Shown here: piece by piece, positions 1-10,693 of the stretch
Numbering within the stretch: position 1 is the first letter of the stretch
Layout: every line of letters starts with the position of its first letter
Origin: an uncultured Pelagibacteraceae bacterium
GTDB taxonomy: Bacteria > Pseudomonadota > Alphaproteobacteria > Pelagibacterales > Pelagibacteraceae
DNA length: 64,000 nt
Direction of reading: 5' to 3'
NCBI GenBank assembly: GCA_902577125.1
Contig: CACGXX010000002.1
Location: 314 to 64,313, forward strand
Notes under the pieces: model-generated
The model's database searches: none
What the model was told of the DNA's origin: nothing
The model's input: only the letters and a program-made list of their open reading frames with translations
Position numbers and translations under genes: made by a program

Positions 1-245
1 GAAATATTTGTAAATCTCTCATAATGACCTAGATCTAAATCAGTTTCAGCACCATCATCGGTGACGAAAACTTCTCCATGTTGAAATGGACTCATTGTTC
101 CAGGATCTACATTCAAATACGGATCCATTTTTCTTAACCTAACTTTGTAACCCTGTGATTTTAACAAATAAGCTAATGATGCTGATGAAAGACCTTTTCC
201 TAATGATGAGACCACGCCGCCAGTGACAAATATAAATCGCGCCAT
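1..245 (-). CDS. pyrG: CTP synthase, N-terminal part (runs off the left edge)
   Basis: Manual translation from ATG at 245 gives [18 protein letters not shown]...[40 protein letters not shown]; tpiA-secG-pyrG synteny. Confidence 0.97.
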   Translation of the reverse strand, partial: MARFIFVTGGVVSSLGKGLSSASLAYLLKSQGYKVRLRKMDPYLNVDPGTMSPFQHGEVFVTDDGAETDLDLGHYERFTNI

Positions 246-285
246 GGAAGTATCTTATAGCTAATAAAAAAGTAAATTAAAAGTA

Positions 286-579
286 TTAATTATTATTTTC
301 TGGAATTGATGGTGTATCCTCTTCGACTTGATCTAAAACTGAGCTAGATGGTGTCAAATCACCCCTAGATACTATCGTTAGAGCTAAACTACAAATGATA
401 AACAGAGTTGCAACAACACCAGTTGCTTTTGTCATAAAATTTCCTGCTGACTTTGAAAACATCATATTTTCCTGGGAAACTCCGATTCCAAGTGCTCCTC
501 CCTCAGATTTTTGCATTAAAACTAATAAAACTAAAATTAATGCAAGAATGATATTCAGTACTAACAATATATTTTCCAT
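286..579 (-). CDS. secG: Preprotein translocase subunit SecG
   Basis: Two TM segments, LVLMQKSEGGALG motif, position between tpiA and pyrG. Confidence 0.95.
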   Translation of the reverse strand: MENILLVLNIILALILVLLVLMQKSEGGALGIGVSQENMMFSKSAGNFMTKATGVVATLFIICSLALTIVSRGDLTPSSSVLDQVEEDTPSIPENNN

Positions 580-584
580 GCAGG

Positions 585-1307
585 TTAATTATACGTTTTT
601 TTGATTATATCAATGAATTTTTTGGGATCTTGAGAGGCACCCCCAATTAGAAATCCATCAATATTTTTTATTAACTTTAATTTATTTATATTTTTTGGAT
701 TTACCGAACCCCCATATAAAACTTTGATATTTCTAACTTTTTTTTTTATAAAATTAATAGTATCAAATAAGTCATCTGCTTTAGGAATTAGACCTGTCCC
801 AATTGACCACACAGGTTCATAGGCAATCACAATATTTTTTCTTTTCTTAATTTTTTGTAAACCTGCAATAATCTGTTTAGATAAAATTTTTTTAGTAATT
901 TTTTTTCGTTTTTGACCTAAGGTTTCACCTATACAAAAAATAACCTTTAAACCAGCTTGAGTTGCTGCTTTAATCTTGGCATTAATTAATTTATCCGTTT
1001 CACCAAAGTCGCGATTTTCTGAATGACCTAAAATAACATATTTGGCCCCAACATTTTTAAGCATCGTAGGATTTATGGAACCAGTTGAAGCGCCATAAGT
1101 AAGGCTTTCATGACAATTCTGAGCACCAACTTGAATTTTAGAATTTATAACTTTTTTAGACATTGAACGGATTAATGTATTGGGCGGGCAATAAATAATT
1201 TTAATTTTTTTTGATTTTTTAAAAATTTTTAGAAATTTGATTACTTTTTTTAGTGAATTCAATGTACTCAATCCACCAAACATTTTCCAATTAGCAATAA
1301 AATACAT
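585..1307 (-). CDS. tpiA: Triosephosphate isomerase
   Basis: ANWKM, GHSE, AYEPVWSIGTG, YGGSV and GGAS motifs. Confidence 0.97.
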   Translation of the reverse strand: MYFIANWKMFGGLSTLNSLKKVIKFLKIFKKSKKIKIIYCPPNTLIRSMSKKVINSKIQVGAQNCHESLTYGASTGSINPTMLKNVGAKYVILGHSENRDFGETDKLINAKIKAATQAGLKVIFCIGETLGQKRKKITKKILSKQIIAGLQKIKKRKNIVIAYEPVWSIGTGLIPKADDLFDTINFIKKKVRNIKVLYGGSVNPKNINKLKLIKNIDGFLIGGASQDPKKFIDIIKKTYN

Positions 1308-1378
1308 ATATTTATTTGTCTTATACTAAAATTTAATCTATAGGTTTGCTTTTTATAGATCAATAAATTTATATAGTA

Positions 1379-2794
1379 ATGATAGGTACATTTAGAAATT
1401 TTGCCAAAACAAAGTTTGCTGGGATATTAGTTTTTATAATGATTATTCCTTTTGTATTTTGGGGAATGGGCAGCATGTTCAGTAGCGGAAATACAAATTC
1501 AATTGTAAAAATAAATGAGACTAATATTTCTACAGAAGAATTTATTGATTACTTAAATAATTCTGGAATTCCTCAGAATACAATAAGAGAAAATTTAAAT
1601 GATAATATTATTGAAGAATTATTATCTGGATTGATTTCGACAAAAATTTTAGATTTAGAAATTGAGGAATACAATTTAATTATTTCAAAAGAAACGCTAC
1701 TCGAAATGATAAAAAAAAATAAAAATTTTTTAGACGAACAAGGACGTTTTCAAAGACTTAAATACGAAAAATTTTTACTTGAAAATAATCAATCTGCACC
1801 TCAGTTTGAATTACGACTAAAAAATCGTGAATTACAAAAAAACTTATTCAGCTTTGTGGGTGCTGGAACTGTTTCTCCAAAATTTTTAGTAAAAAAACTC
1901 TATCAGGATGAAAATAGAAAATTAGAGATAGATTATATAAATTTAAATCAATTTTATAAAAAGAAAGATAGTTTTACAGATAACGATATAAAAAAATTTC
2001 TAGATGAAAATAAGAATGACTTAAAAGTAGAATATATAGATTTTGATTATTCCATAATAAATCCCAAAAATTTAGTTGGCGTAGAAGAATTTAATCAGAC
2101 CTTTTTCGATAAAATTGACCAAATAGAAATTGATATCTCGAATGAACTTCCTTTTGAAAACATCGTTACAAACTTTAATTTAAAGTCTAAGAAAATCAAA
2201 GATTTCAGGTTTACTTATGATAAAAGCGATATAGAAAAAAAAATATTTGAAGCAAGAAATAATGAATTTGATATCATTGAATTTAATGATGATTATATTC
2301 TTTACAAAATACTTAAGTCAGAACAACGTTCTCCTAATGTAAATGATCCTGTCCTCAGAAAAGAGATCCTGGGACTTATGTTTGAAAAAAATAAGTATGA
2401 ATATAACAAGAATTTAATAAAAAAAATTGATGAAAAAAATTTCAACAATGAAAATTTTGTAGAGATGGGAAATAAGAAAGTTGAAAATTTATTATTAAAT
2501 TCTATCAAAGATAACAAAAAATTTGATATTAAAGCTGTTGAACTTCTTTACTCATTACCCATAAATTCTTTTACTCTTATAAATGATGAGATGAGCAATA
2601 TTTATTTAGCTAAAATAAAAAACTTTCAAAATCAGACAATGGAAAATGATGATAAGATAAATGAATATATGAATAAACAAAATTCAAATCTAAAAAATAA
2701 TATGTTAAAATCATATGATCTATATCTAAACAGCAGATATAATGTTAATTTAAATCAAAAAACAATAGAACGAGTTAAAAATTTCTTTCAATGA
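1379..2794 (+). CDS. ppiD: PpiD/SurA N-terminal-domain membrane-anchored periplasmic chaperone
   Basis: N-terminal TM ending FVFWG, SurA_N-like region, conserved tpiA<>ppiD-trpE arrangement. Confidence 0.8.
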   Translation: MIGTFRNFAKTKFAGILVFIMIIPFVFWGMGSMFSSGNTNSIVKINETNISTEEFIDYLNNSGIPQNTIRENLNDNIIEELLSGLISTKILDLEIEEYNLIISKETLLEMIKKNKNFLDEQGRFQRLKYEKFLLENNQSAPQFELRLKNRELQKNLFSFVGAGTVSPKFLVKKLYQDENRKLEIDYINLNQFYKKKDSFTDNDIKKFLDENKNDLKVEYIDFDYSIINPKNLVGVEEFNQTFFDKIDQIEIDISNELPFENIVTNFNLKSKKIKDFRFTYDKSDIEKKIFEARNNEFDIIEFNDDYILYKILKSEQRSPNVNDPVLRKEILGLMFEKNKYEYNKNLIKKIDEKNFNNENFVEMGNKKVENLLLNSIKDNKKFDIKAVELLYSLPINSFTLINDEMSNIYLAKIKNFQNQTMENDDKINEYMNKQNSNLKNNMLKSYDLYLNSRYNVNLNQKTIERVKNFFQ

Positions 2795-4251
2795 ACATAA
2801 ATCGAAGCTTCAAAGATTTTAAGTTTCGACATAGAAGCAATAAAAATCAAATTATATACACTTCAAAAAAAATTCAAGAAGATGAAGAGATTTTAAATTT
2901 AATAGATAATTTTTTAAGTGAAAAAAATAGCTTTATATTTGAGTCAGTAGAGAAAGGAAAAATTAAAGGAAGATACACTATATTTGGTAAAAATCCTGAC
3001 AAGATATGGGAATTCAAAAATAACATTTCTTATTTAATTCAAAATGAAAAGAAGATTAAACTTAAAGATAAACCTGAAAACTTGATTGAGAAAATCATTG
3101 AAGAATTTAAATTTGAAACTCCCAAAAATTTACCAAAACTGTGTTCTTTAATTTCAGGATATTTCTCATATGACTCTATAAGATATATAGAAAAAATACC
3201 TAATAATTGTAAGGATGATCTTAATATACCTGATGTAAGACTTCTGCGACCAAGAACATTAATTATTCACGATAATTTAAAAAAAGAGATTTTTTATATT
3301 AGAAATATCTATAAAGATGAAAAGATTATAGATTATCAAAAAAAATTTGATGAGGTAAAATCTGATCTTTTTAGATTACTCATTCAATCATCAATTAAGA
3401 ATGTAGATAGTAAGATTCCATTAAAATCAAAAAATATTAAAGTTAAATCTAATACTTCTAAAAATAGATTCTTGCAAATGATCAATAAAGCTAAAAAATA
3501 TATAAAATTAGGAGATATATTCCAGGTAGTTTTAAGTCAAAGATTTGAAGCTAAGTTAACAAAAAAACCGATTGATATTTATAAAAAACTTAGAATGACT
3601 AACCCATCACCTTTTATGTTTTTTTTTAATTTCAATGACTTCCAAATTATTGGTGCGAGTCCAGAAATATTAGTGAGACTAAGAGATAATAAAATTACTG
3701 TAAGACCAATTGCTGGGACGAGACCAAGAGGAAAAACATTAAAAGAGGATCTTTTTTATGAAAAAGATCTTCTTAATGACAAAAAGGAGCTTTCAGAGCA
3801 TTTGATGTTATTAGATTTAGGAAGAAATGATGCCGGTAAAGTTTCAAAGATTAATACAGTAAAAGTAACTGAGAGTTTTATTATTGAGAGATATTCCCAT
3901 GTAATGCACATAGTATCAAATGTCGTCGGTGAGTATAATAAGAAATTTTCTAAGTTTAAATCACTTCTAGCCGGTTTCCCTGCAGGAACTGTTTCTGGAG
4001 CACCAAAAATTAGAGCTATGGAAATAATTGATGAATTAGAAAAAACTAAGAGAAAAGTTTATGCTGGTGGTATTGGCTATTTTTCAGCAAACGGAGAATT
4101 TGACACATGTATAGCTTTAAGAACAGCTGTAGCAAAAAAAAATAAATTTTATGTTCAAGCTGGCGCTGGAATTGTTGCTGATAGTAAACCTTTAAAAGAG
4201 TACGAGGAAACTATAAATAAAGCAAAAGCTTTAATAAATGCTTTAAAATGA
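2791..4251 (+). CDS. trpE: Anthranilate synthase component I
   Basis: GDIFQVVLSQR, NPSPFM, ASPE, RPIAGT, EHLMLLDLGRND, SGAPKIRAM. Confidence 0.97.
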   Translation: MNINRSFKDFKFRHRSNKNQIIYTSKKIQEDEEILNLIDNFLSEKNSFIFESVEKGKIKGRYTIFGKNPDKIWEFKNNISYLIQNEKKIKLKDKPENLIEKIIEEFKFETPKNLPKLCSLISGYFSYDSIRYIEKIPNNCKDDLNIPDVRLLRPRTLIIHDNLKKEIFYIRNIYKDEKIIDYQKKFDEVKSDLFRLLIQSSIKNVDSKIPLKSKNIKVKSNTSKNRFLQMINKAKKYIKLGDIFQVVLSQRFEAKLTKKPIDIYKKLRMTNPSPFMFFFNFNDFQIIGASPEILVRLRDNKITVRPIAGTRPRGKTLKEDLFYEKDLLNDKKELSEHLMLLDLGRNDAGKVSKINTVKVTESFIIERYSHVMHIVSNVVGEYNKKFSKFKSLLAGFPAGTVSGAPKIRAMEIIDELEKTKRKVYAGGIGYFSANGEFDTCIALRTAVAKKNKFYVQAGAGIVADSKPLKEYEETINKAKALINALK

Positions 4252-4817
4252 AAAAAATAATTCTTATAGATAATTATGATAGTTTCACTTTTAATCTTTA
4301 TCATTACCTATCCTCATTAAAAGTTAAGGTGGATGTAATAAGAAATGATCAGATTACATCTAATGAGATATTAAAAAGAAAATATAATAAAATTGTAATC
4401 TCACCAGGCCCGGGTAATCCTGATCAATCGGGTAATTGTTTAAAAATAGTAAAATCTTTGTATAAAAAAATTCCAATTCTTGGTGTTTGTCTTGGTCATC
4501 AAATTATAGGACAGGTATTTGGCTCTAAAATTGTTCAGGCTAAAAAACTAATGCATGGTAAAACAAGCAAAATTATCTCAAAAAAATTGGGAATTTTAAG
4601 AAATCTTCCAAAATCATTTGAGGCAACACGTTATCACAGCTTAATTATTGATAAAAAAACACTATCAAAACATCTTGAAATCACAGCTGAGAGCAAAGAT
4701 GGTTTAGTAATGGGTGTTCAGCATAAAAAATATAATGTTCATGGAGTGCAATTTCACCCTGAAAGTATTAAAACTAAATTAGGTATTAAAATTTTAAAAA
4801 ATTTTATTAGAATCTAA
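4248..4817 (+). CDS. trpG: Anthranilate synthase component II (glutamine amidotransferase)
   Basis: IDNYDSFT, SPGPG, GVCLGHQ, RYHSL, QFHPES. Confidence 0.96.
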   Translation: MKKIILIDNYDSFTFNLYHYLSSLKVKVDVIRNDQITSNEILKRKYNKIVISPGPGNPDQSGNCLKIVKSLYKKIPILGVCLGHQIIGQVFGSKIVQAKKLMHGKTSKIISKKLGILRNLPKSFEATRYHSLIIDKKTLSKHLEITAESKDGLVMGVQHKKYNVHGVQFHPESIKTKLGIKILKNFIRI

Positions 4818-4822
4818 AATTA

Positions 4823-5815
4823 ATGAAACAATTTATAGATAAAATTAAAAATAAAGATGATCTCTCCTTTGAAGAAAGCAAGGCAGCTTTTGAATTATTA
4901 ATGGAAGGTAAGGCAAATGAACAAGAAATATTTGATTTTTTAACACTTTTATCCGCTAAAGGTGAAGTTTCAAATGAGATTGCTGGAGGGGTTTACGTTC
5001 TAAGAAATAAATCAAAAAGAGTTAATGTGCAAAATTGTGTCGATACATGCGGTACAGGGGGCGACGGAATGAACACGCTCAACATTTCAACAGCTTCTGC
5101 ATTATTGCTTGCAAGTATGGGTGTTAAAGTAGCAAAACATGGAAATAAAGCAGTATCTTCTAAATGTGGATCTGGAGATGTTTTAGAGGCATTAAATATA
5201 AAAATTAATTTGGAACCAGATGATATTGAGTCACAAATTGAAAAAAATAATTTTGGTTTTATGTTTGCACCAAATTACCATAGTGCAATGAAATACGTTG
5301 GACCTACAAGAAAAAAAATTGGTAAAAGGACAATTTTTAATATGATTGGTCCTTTGAGTAGTCCAGCTTTAGTTAAAAGACAGGTAGTTGGTGTCTTTGA
5401 AAAAAAGTTATTAAAAACATTTGCTAACGCATTAAAAAGTTTAGATATTAAATTTGCATGGATCGTCAATAGTGAAGATGGTTTAGATGAAATTTCACCC
5501 TATGCTAAAACAAATGTTATTCAATTAAAAAACAATGCTATATCGGAAATCGTTATTGATCCAAAAGAATTAAATATAAATGCAGATAAATTTAAAAATC
5601 TTGTTGGTGATGATGCAAAATTTAATGCAAATAAAATGCTTGAAATATTTAAAGGTGAAGATAATGATTTTTCTAAAGCAGTATGTTTAAATGCTGCAGC
5701 AGGATTGATTGTTAATGAAACTCATGAAGAGTTTAGCGAAGCATATAAAAATGCAAGAGAGCATATTTTATCAAGTGAAGTTATTAAACATTTAGAGACA
5801 ATTCAAAATGCCTGA
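4823..5815 (+). CDS. trpD: Anthranilate phosphoribosyltransferase
   Basis: DTCGTGGDG, NIST, AKHGN, GLDE. Confidence 0.97.
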   Translation: MKQFIDKIKNKDDLSFEESKAAFELLMEGKANEQEIFDFLTLLSAKGEVSNEIAGGVYVLRNKSKRVNVQNCVDTCGTGGDGMNTLNISTASALLLASMGVKVAKHGNKAVSSKCGSGDVLEALNIKINLEPDDIESQIEKNNFGFMFAPNYHSAMKYVGPTRKKIGKRTIFNMIGPLSSPALVKRQVVGVFEKKLLKTFANALKSLDIKFAWIVNSEDGLDEISPYAKTNVIQLKNNAISEIVIDPKELNINADKFKNLVGDDAKFNANKMLEIFKGEDNDFSKAVCLNAAAGLIVNETHEEFSEAYKNAREHILSSEVIKHLETIQNA

Positions 5816-6599
5816 AAATGTTCTCGAAAAAATAATTAAAAAGAAAATAGAAAAAATAGAAAATTCTAAAAAAAATATTTCAATAGACACATTAAATGAA
5901 TTAATTGAGAAAAATAGAATGTTTATTAATTTTAAAGAAAATATTGAAAAAAATATTAAAGAAAATAAATTTTCAATTATTGCTGAGATCAAAAAAGCTA
6001 GTCCTTCTGCAGGTGTAATCATAAATGATTATGACCCTGTAAAAATAGCTAGTATATATAATGATAACAAAGCCACCTGTTTGTCTGTTTTGACTGAAGA
6101 AAATTTTTTTTTAGGAGATATGAAACATATAAGTGAAATTAAACAGAATATTAATTTGCCAATTCTTTGTAAGGACTTTTTTGTAGATAAATTTCAAATT
6201 CCATTAGCAAAGAGTTATGGAGCAGATGCAATATTAATTATATTAGCTGGTGTAAGTGAAAGTCTTGCAAGTGAGTTATATGAGGAAGCTTTAAAATTTA
6301 ATATGTCTGTTATAGTTGAGGTGCATACAGTTGAGGAAGCAAAACAAGCTTTAAAATTTGAAGATGCATTAATCGGTATCAATAATAGGAACTTAAAAAC
6401 TCTTAAAACTGATATAAATACAACTTTTGATATTCATAATGTTTTGGTTAATCATAAAGGTCCATTAATTTCTGAAAGTGGAATAAAAACAAAAGATGAA
6501 CTATTAGAACTCTCAAATAAAACTTCTATTAAAACTTTTCTAATTGGTGAATCACTTTTAAAAAATTTGGAAAATAATTCTATTTTCTCAGTTCTTTAG
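5808..6599 (+). CDS. trpC: Indole-3-glycerol phosphate synthase
   Basis: IAEIKKASPSAG, LSVLTE, GINNRNL, SESGI, LIGE. Confidence 0.97.
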   Translation: MPENVLEKIIKKKIEKIENSKKNISIDTLNELIEKNRMFINFKENIEKNIKENKFSIIAEIKKASPSAGVIINDYDPVKIASIYNDNKATCLSVLTEENFFLGDMKHISEIKQNINLPILCKDFFVDKFQIPLAKSYGADAILIILAGVSESLASELYEEALKFNMSVIVEVHTVEEAKQALKFEDALIGINNRNLKTLKTDINTTFDIHNVLVNHKGPLISESGIKTKDELLELSNKTSIKTFLIGESLLKNLENNSIFSVL

Positions 6600-6648
6600 T
6601 CAAATAGTTCGCTATTTTATTGAGTTTTTTACTATTGTGAATTGAAAA

Positions 6649-6685
6649 GAACTTTTGTAGAACAGATTTTGTACGATATTTGTTC
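6649..6685. promoter_or_regulatory. Alphaproteobacterial LexA (SOS) operator array upstream of lexA
   Basis: GAAC-ttttgta-GAAC-agatttt-GTAC-gatattt-GTTC: four half-sites each separated by exactly 7 nt, ending 2 nt before the lexA ATG; matches the GAAC-N7-GAAC / GTTC-N7-GTTC alpha SOS box. Confidence 0.88.
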
Positions 6686-6687
6686 TT

Positions 6688-7365
6688 ATGTTAACAAAAA
6701 AACAAAAAAACCTGCTTTTATTTATCAACAAGAAGTTGAGAAGCTCTGGTGTTTCTCCATCTTATGAGGAGATGAAAGCTTCGTTAAACCTTAAATCTAA
6801 GTCTGGAATTCATAGACTTATAAGTGCATTAGAAGAGAGAGGTTTTATTAAAAGACTTGCTCATAAAGCAAGAGCATTAGAAGTAATTAAATTGCCAGAA
6901 ACGGCCTCTGCAAATGATATTTATAACAGTTTTTCACCAAGTGTTATTAAAGGTGGTTTAGATGACAAAAGTTTATCATCAGATGATGCTGAGGTACCAG
7001 TTTTAGGAAAAATTGCTGCTGGAACACCTGTTGAGGCTATTCAAAATGAAGTTTCAAGAATACCTTTGCCAAGTAATTTAGAGAAAAATGGAGATTATTT
7101 TGGTTTAAAAGTTCAAGGGGACTCGATGATTGAAGCTGGAATTCATGAAGGTGATACAGTAATTATTAAAAGAACAGATACAGCTGATAATGGAAAAATT
7201 GTTGTTGCTCTGATTGATGAGCATGAAGCAATGTTAAAAAGAATTAGGAAAAAAGGTAAAGTTGTTGCTTTAGAAAGTGCCAACAAAAATTACGAAACTA
7301 AAATATTTGGACCTGATAGAGTAAAAGTTCAGGGTGTATTAGTATCTTTATATAGAAACTTCTAA
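6688..7365 (+). CDS. lexA: SOS repressor LexA
   Basis: SPSYEEM and SKSGIHRL winged HTH, AAG cleavage site, GDSM (Ser) and LKR (Lys) catalytic motifs. Confidence 0.97.
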   Translation: MLTKKQKNLLLFINKKLRSSGVSPSYEEMKASLNLKSKSGIHRLISALEERGFIKRLAHKARALEVIKLPETASANDIYNSFSPSVIKGGLDDKSLSSDDAEVPVLGKIAAGTPVEAIQNEVSRIPLPSNLEKNGDYFGLKVQGDSMIEAGIHEGDTVIIKRTDTADNGKIVVALIDEHEAMLKRIRKKGKVVALESANKNYETKIFGPDRVKVQGVLVSLYRNF

Positions 7366-7387
7366 AAAAATAGTCTAAACCATTTTA

Positions 7388-8785
7388 ATGAAAAAAGTAG
7401 CAACTAGATTTGCTCCCTCACCTACTGGCGCATTGCATATTGGAGGTGTTAGAACAGCATTGTTTAATTGGTTATACTCCAAAAATCATAATGGTAAATT
7501 TTATTTAAGGGTGGAAGATACAGATAAAGAAAGATCTAAAGATGAATTCAAAGATCAAATAATACAATCGCTTAAATGGATCGGTATCAACTATGATGGG
7601 GAAGAATATATTCAATCAAAAAAAGTAGATGATCACATAAAAGTTGCAAATGAGCTACTTAAAAAAGGTAATGCATATAAATGTTATTGTTCAGGTGAAG
7701 AAATAGAAGAACAAAAAAAAAGAGCAAGACAAAAAAAAATTCCCTATATTTATGATAGAAAATGGAGGAATAAAAGTGAAAATGATGCTCCCAAAGATAT
7801 TAAACCTGTTATAAGATTTAAAAGTAAGATTGATGGAACATCAATATTGAAAGATTTGGTTCAAGGTAATGTCGAAATAGAAAATAATACTATTGAAGAT
7901 TTTATTATCTTAAGGAATGATGGGACTCCCACATATAATTTATCAGCATCCGTAGACGATCATCAAATGAATGTGACACATATTATAAGAGGTGACGATC
8001 ATAAAATAAACACCTTCAAACAAATACAAATTTATCAAGCCATGAAATGGGAACTGCCCTCATTTGCTCACATACCATTGATACATACAATTGAAGGAAA
8101 GAAATTATCAAAGCGAGATCAGGCCTCTACATTAGATGATTATTCTAAAATTGGTATTATGCCTGATGCTTTAAGAAATTATCTTCTAAGATTAGGATGG
8201 TCTTATAAAGATAAAGAAATATTTACTTTAGATGAAAGTATTAAATATTTTAATCTTGAAGGAATTGGTAAATCACCATCAAAGCTTGATGTGAGCAGAA
8301 TTTTATCAATGAACGAACATTATATTAAAAATATTAATGAAAATGATTTATTCAATCAATTTACTGAATATTGCAAATTATATAAAAGTGAAATTCAATT
8401 AGATAAAAAAGATAAAATTAAAAAATCTCTTACATTCTTGAAAAATAAAGCAAAAACTTTGGAAGATATATTTAATAATGCTCAATATATTATAAAAGAT
8501 GAGGTTGATTTTAATAATGATGATCTTAAATTAATTGACGACAAAGCAAGAAAAGTAATTTCTGATTTTAAAAATCAATTTGAAAAAATAGACCTGCCTT
8601 CTAGAGAAATTTTAGAACCAATAGTAAACGAGCTTATAAAATCGCATGGCACAAATTTTAAGGGTGTTGGACAACCATTAAGGATTGCACTTACTGGTTC
8701 AAAGTTTGGACCTGGTATATATGATATTATTTTATCATTAGGAAAAGAGGAAGTTCAAAAACGGTTAAGTGCTAAGATAGCTTGA
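7388..8785 (+). CDS. gltX: Glutamate--tRNA ligase
   Basis: TRFAPSPTGALHIGG (HIGH), IRGDDH, KLSKR (KMSKS). Confidence 0.97.
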   Translation: MKKVATRFAPSPTGALHIGGVRTALFNWLYSKNHNGKFYLRVEDTDKERSKDEFKDQIIQSLKWIGINYDGEEYIQSKKVDDHIKVANELLKKGNAYKCYCSGEEIEEQKKRARQKKIPYIYDRKWRNKSENDAPKDIKPVIRFKSKIDGTSILKDLVQGNVEIENNTIEDFIILRNDGTPTYNLSASVDDHQMNVTHIIRGDDHKINTFKQIQIYQAMKWELPSFAHIPLIHTIEGKKLSKRDQASTLDDYSKIGIMPDALRNYLLRLGWSYKDKEIFTLDESIKYFNLEGIGKSPSKLDVSRILSMNEHYIKNINENDLFNQFTEYCKLYKSEIQLDKKDKIKKSLTFLKNKAKTLEDIFNNAQYIIKDEVDFNNDDLKLIDDKARKVISDFKNQFEKIDLPSREILEPIVNELIKSHGTNFKGVGQPLRIALTGSKFGPGIYDIILSLGKEEVQKRLSAKIA

Positions 8786-9901
8786 AACTACTGCTGAAGC
8801 TTCTGAAGATGAAGAAGTTTTAGATTTAATCTCATTTAATGTATTTTTCACATCAAGGATTTGTTTTTTCATAAGCTCTGGGTTTTTTAAAAAATATACT
8901 ACAGATCTAAAAATTTCTTCTGAGTTACATTCTTTTTGAATTAATTCTGGAATTATTTCTTTTTGGTTAATTATATTAATTATATTTGCATATTTTGTTT
9001 TAACTAAAAATTTTACTATAAAAAAATTAATAAAATTCATTTTATAAATAATGATAGATGGAACTTTTGCATTGCAAATTTCAAGAGAAACAGTTCCTGA
9101 TTTTGCTACAGCAAATAAAGAGTTTGATAGTATTTTTAATTTTATATTCTCATCAGATATGACTTCAACATTTTTGTAGTTTGTTTTTTCAATCTCATTT
9201 TTTATCAAATCTTTATTTTGATCAGTCGCATGAAAAATAAAATTATATTTGTTAAATTTTTCATTCATTAATTTAATAAAATCTATTAAGATTGGTAAAA
9301 GAATGTTCGTTTCAGATGTTCGACTTCCAGCAAATAAAGATATAATTTTTTTATTACCATCAATTATATTTGATAAATCTGTTTTAACATTCTCTTTATT
9401 TTCAAGTAATGGATGGCCAACGAAAGTATTTTTAATATTTTCTTTATCAAAGTATTTCTTTTCAAAATTGAATAATAATAAAACATGGTCTAAAAACTTT
9501 TTAAAATTTTTAACCCTACCCTCTCTCCATACCCACACTTGTGGTGCAACATAATGTATTGTTTTAATATTAGGATTTATACTTTTAACTTTTTCAGCAA
9601 CTCTTAGGGTAAAATCTGGGCTATCTACACTAAATAGAATGTCAGGTTTAAATTCAATTATTTTATTTACAGTTTCATTTATTTTGTCTCTGATTTTAAA
9701 TAAATTTAGAATAACACTAGTAAAACCAATGTAAGTTATTTCTTTAAGGTCATATATTGATTTGATTCCCAGTTTATTTAAATGGGAACCTCCAACACTT
9801 AAATATTCTATATCTGAGTGATTTTGTTGAAGCTTTGTAACAACTGTAGATGCCAATTTATCTCCTGAAGGTTCCCCTGTTAATATAAAAATTTTTTTCA
9901 T
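8765..9901 (-). CDS. lpxB: Lipid-A-disaccharide synthase
   Basis: GEPSGD, VDSPDF, YVAPQVWVWR, FVGHP, GSR, SGTVSLE. Confidence 0.96.
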   Translation of the reverse strand: MKKIFILTGEPSGDKLASTVVTKLQQNHSDIEYLSVGGSHLNKLGIKSIYDLKEITYIGFTSVILNLFKIRDKINETVNKIIEFKPDILFSVDSPDFTLRVAEKVKSINPNIKTIHYVAPQVWVWREGRVKNFKKFLDHVLLLFNFEKKYFDKENIKNTFVGHPLLENKENVKTDLSNIIDGNKKIISLFAGSRTSETNILLPILIDFIKLMNEKFNKYNFIFHATDQNKDLIKNEIEKTNYKNVEVISDENIKLKILSNSLFAVAKSGTVSLEICNAKVPSIIIYKMNFINFFIVKFLVKTKYANIINIINQKEIIPELIQKECNSEEIFRSVVYFLKNPELMKKQILDVKNTLNEIKSKTSSSSEASAVVSSYLST

Positions 9902-10692
9902 TTTACTGAGATAAACATCTTATTTTTATTAGCAAAACTAATACATTTATTTTTATCTAAAAATACATGCTGTTTACCTTTTACAACAATGCCTTTTAAT
10001 CCAGCTGTCTTACTTTGTTTCAACGTTTTTAAACCAATGGTAGGTAAATCAACTCTAAGATCCTGTTTCTTTTTTGGAAACTTAACTAAAACACCATGGT
10101 TTCGAAATTTTTTACTTTTGCTTTTTTCAAGCATTTTTTTAGTCCCACCTTTTCCCTCTATTGAAATTACTTTTTTATTTCTGACTACTACAGCTTGGCT
10201 GTAATTATATTCTCTTAAATTATTTAGTGTTTTAACACCTTTTTTAATATCTAATTGATCATTATTATTTGGTTTAATTTTTGAATAATTTCCCTTTTTT
10301 AGAGTAAGCTCTGGATTAAATTTAAGAGAATTTTCAGTTTTTATTTTATTTTGAGCTAATATTTTTATAATTTCTTTTAAAATTGCAGCATCGCCAAGCT
10401 TCGATGCTTTGATAATTCTTGGAATATAGTAGATTCCTAACAAATCTAACTTTAATTTAGAAAAATTTGGCTTATTGACTTTCCCAGCAAATAAGACTTT
10501 TTTACAGCTATTTTCCTTAAGAATATTAATTATTTTACCAAATTGACCTATAGAAACTAAATAAGATTTACTATCTTTTTTAAATTTCTTTGATTTTGAC
10601 AAATCTATTATTAGGTAATTTATTTTTCTTTTTTTAATTGTATTGAGTATTTTATTTGGAAAATCTGTATCACCAAAAATTAATCCTATCAT
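9898..10692 (-). CDS. lpxI: UDP-2,3-diacylglucosamine pyrophosphatase LpxI
   Basis: QAVVV...IEGKGGT and VKFPKKKQDLRVDLPTIG motifs; located between lpxA and lpxB. Confidence 0.92.
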   Translation of the reverse strand: MIGLIFGDTDFPNKILNTIKKRKINYLIIDLSKSKKFKKDSKSYLVSIGQFGKIINILKENSCKKVLFAGKVNKPNFSKLKLDLLGIYYIPRIIKASKLGDAAILKEIIKILAQNKIKTENSLKFNPELTLKKGNYSKIKPNNNDQLDIKKGVKTLNNLREYNYSQAVVVRNKKVISIEGKGGTKKMLEKSKSKKFRNHGVLVKFPKKKQDLRVDLPTIGLKTLKQSKTAGLKGIVVKGKQHVFLDKNKCISFANKNKMFISVK

Positions 10693-10693
10693 C

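Noticed and set aside
738-747. Poly-T/poly-A tracts (in tpiA and at 61751-61761) as phase-variation sites
   Set aside because: Expected from Lys codon runs at this AT content; reading frames are intact
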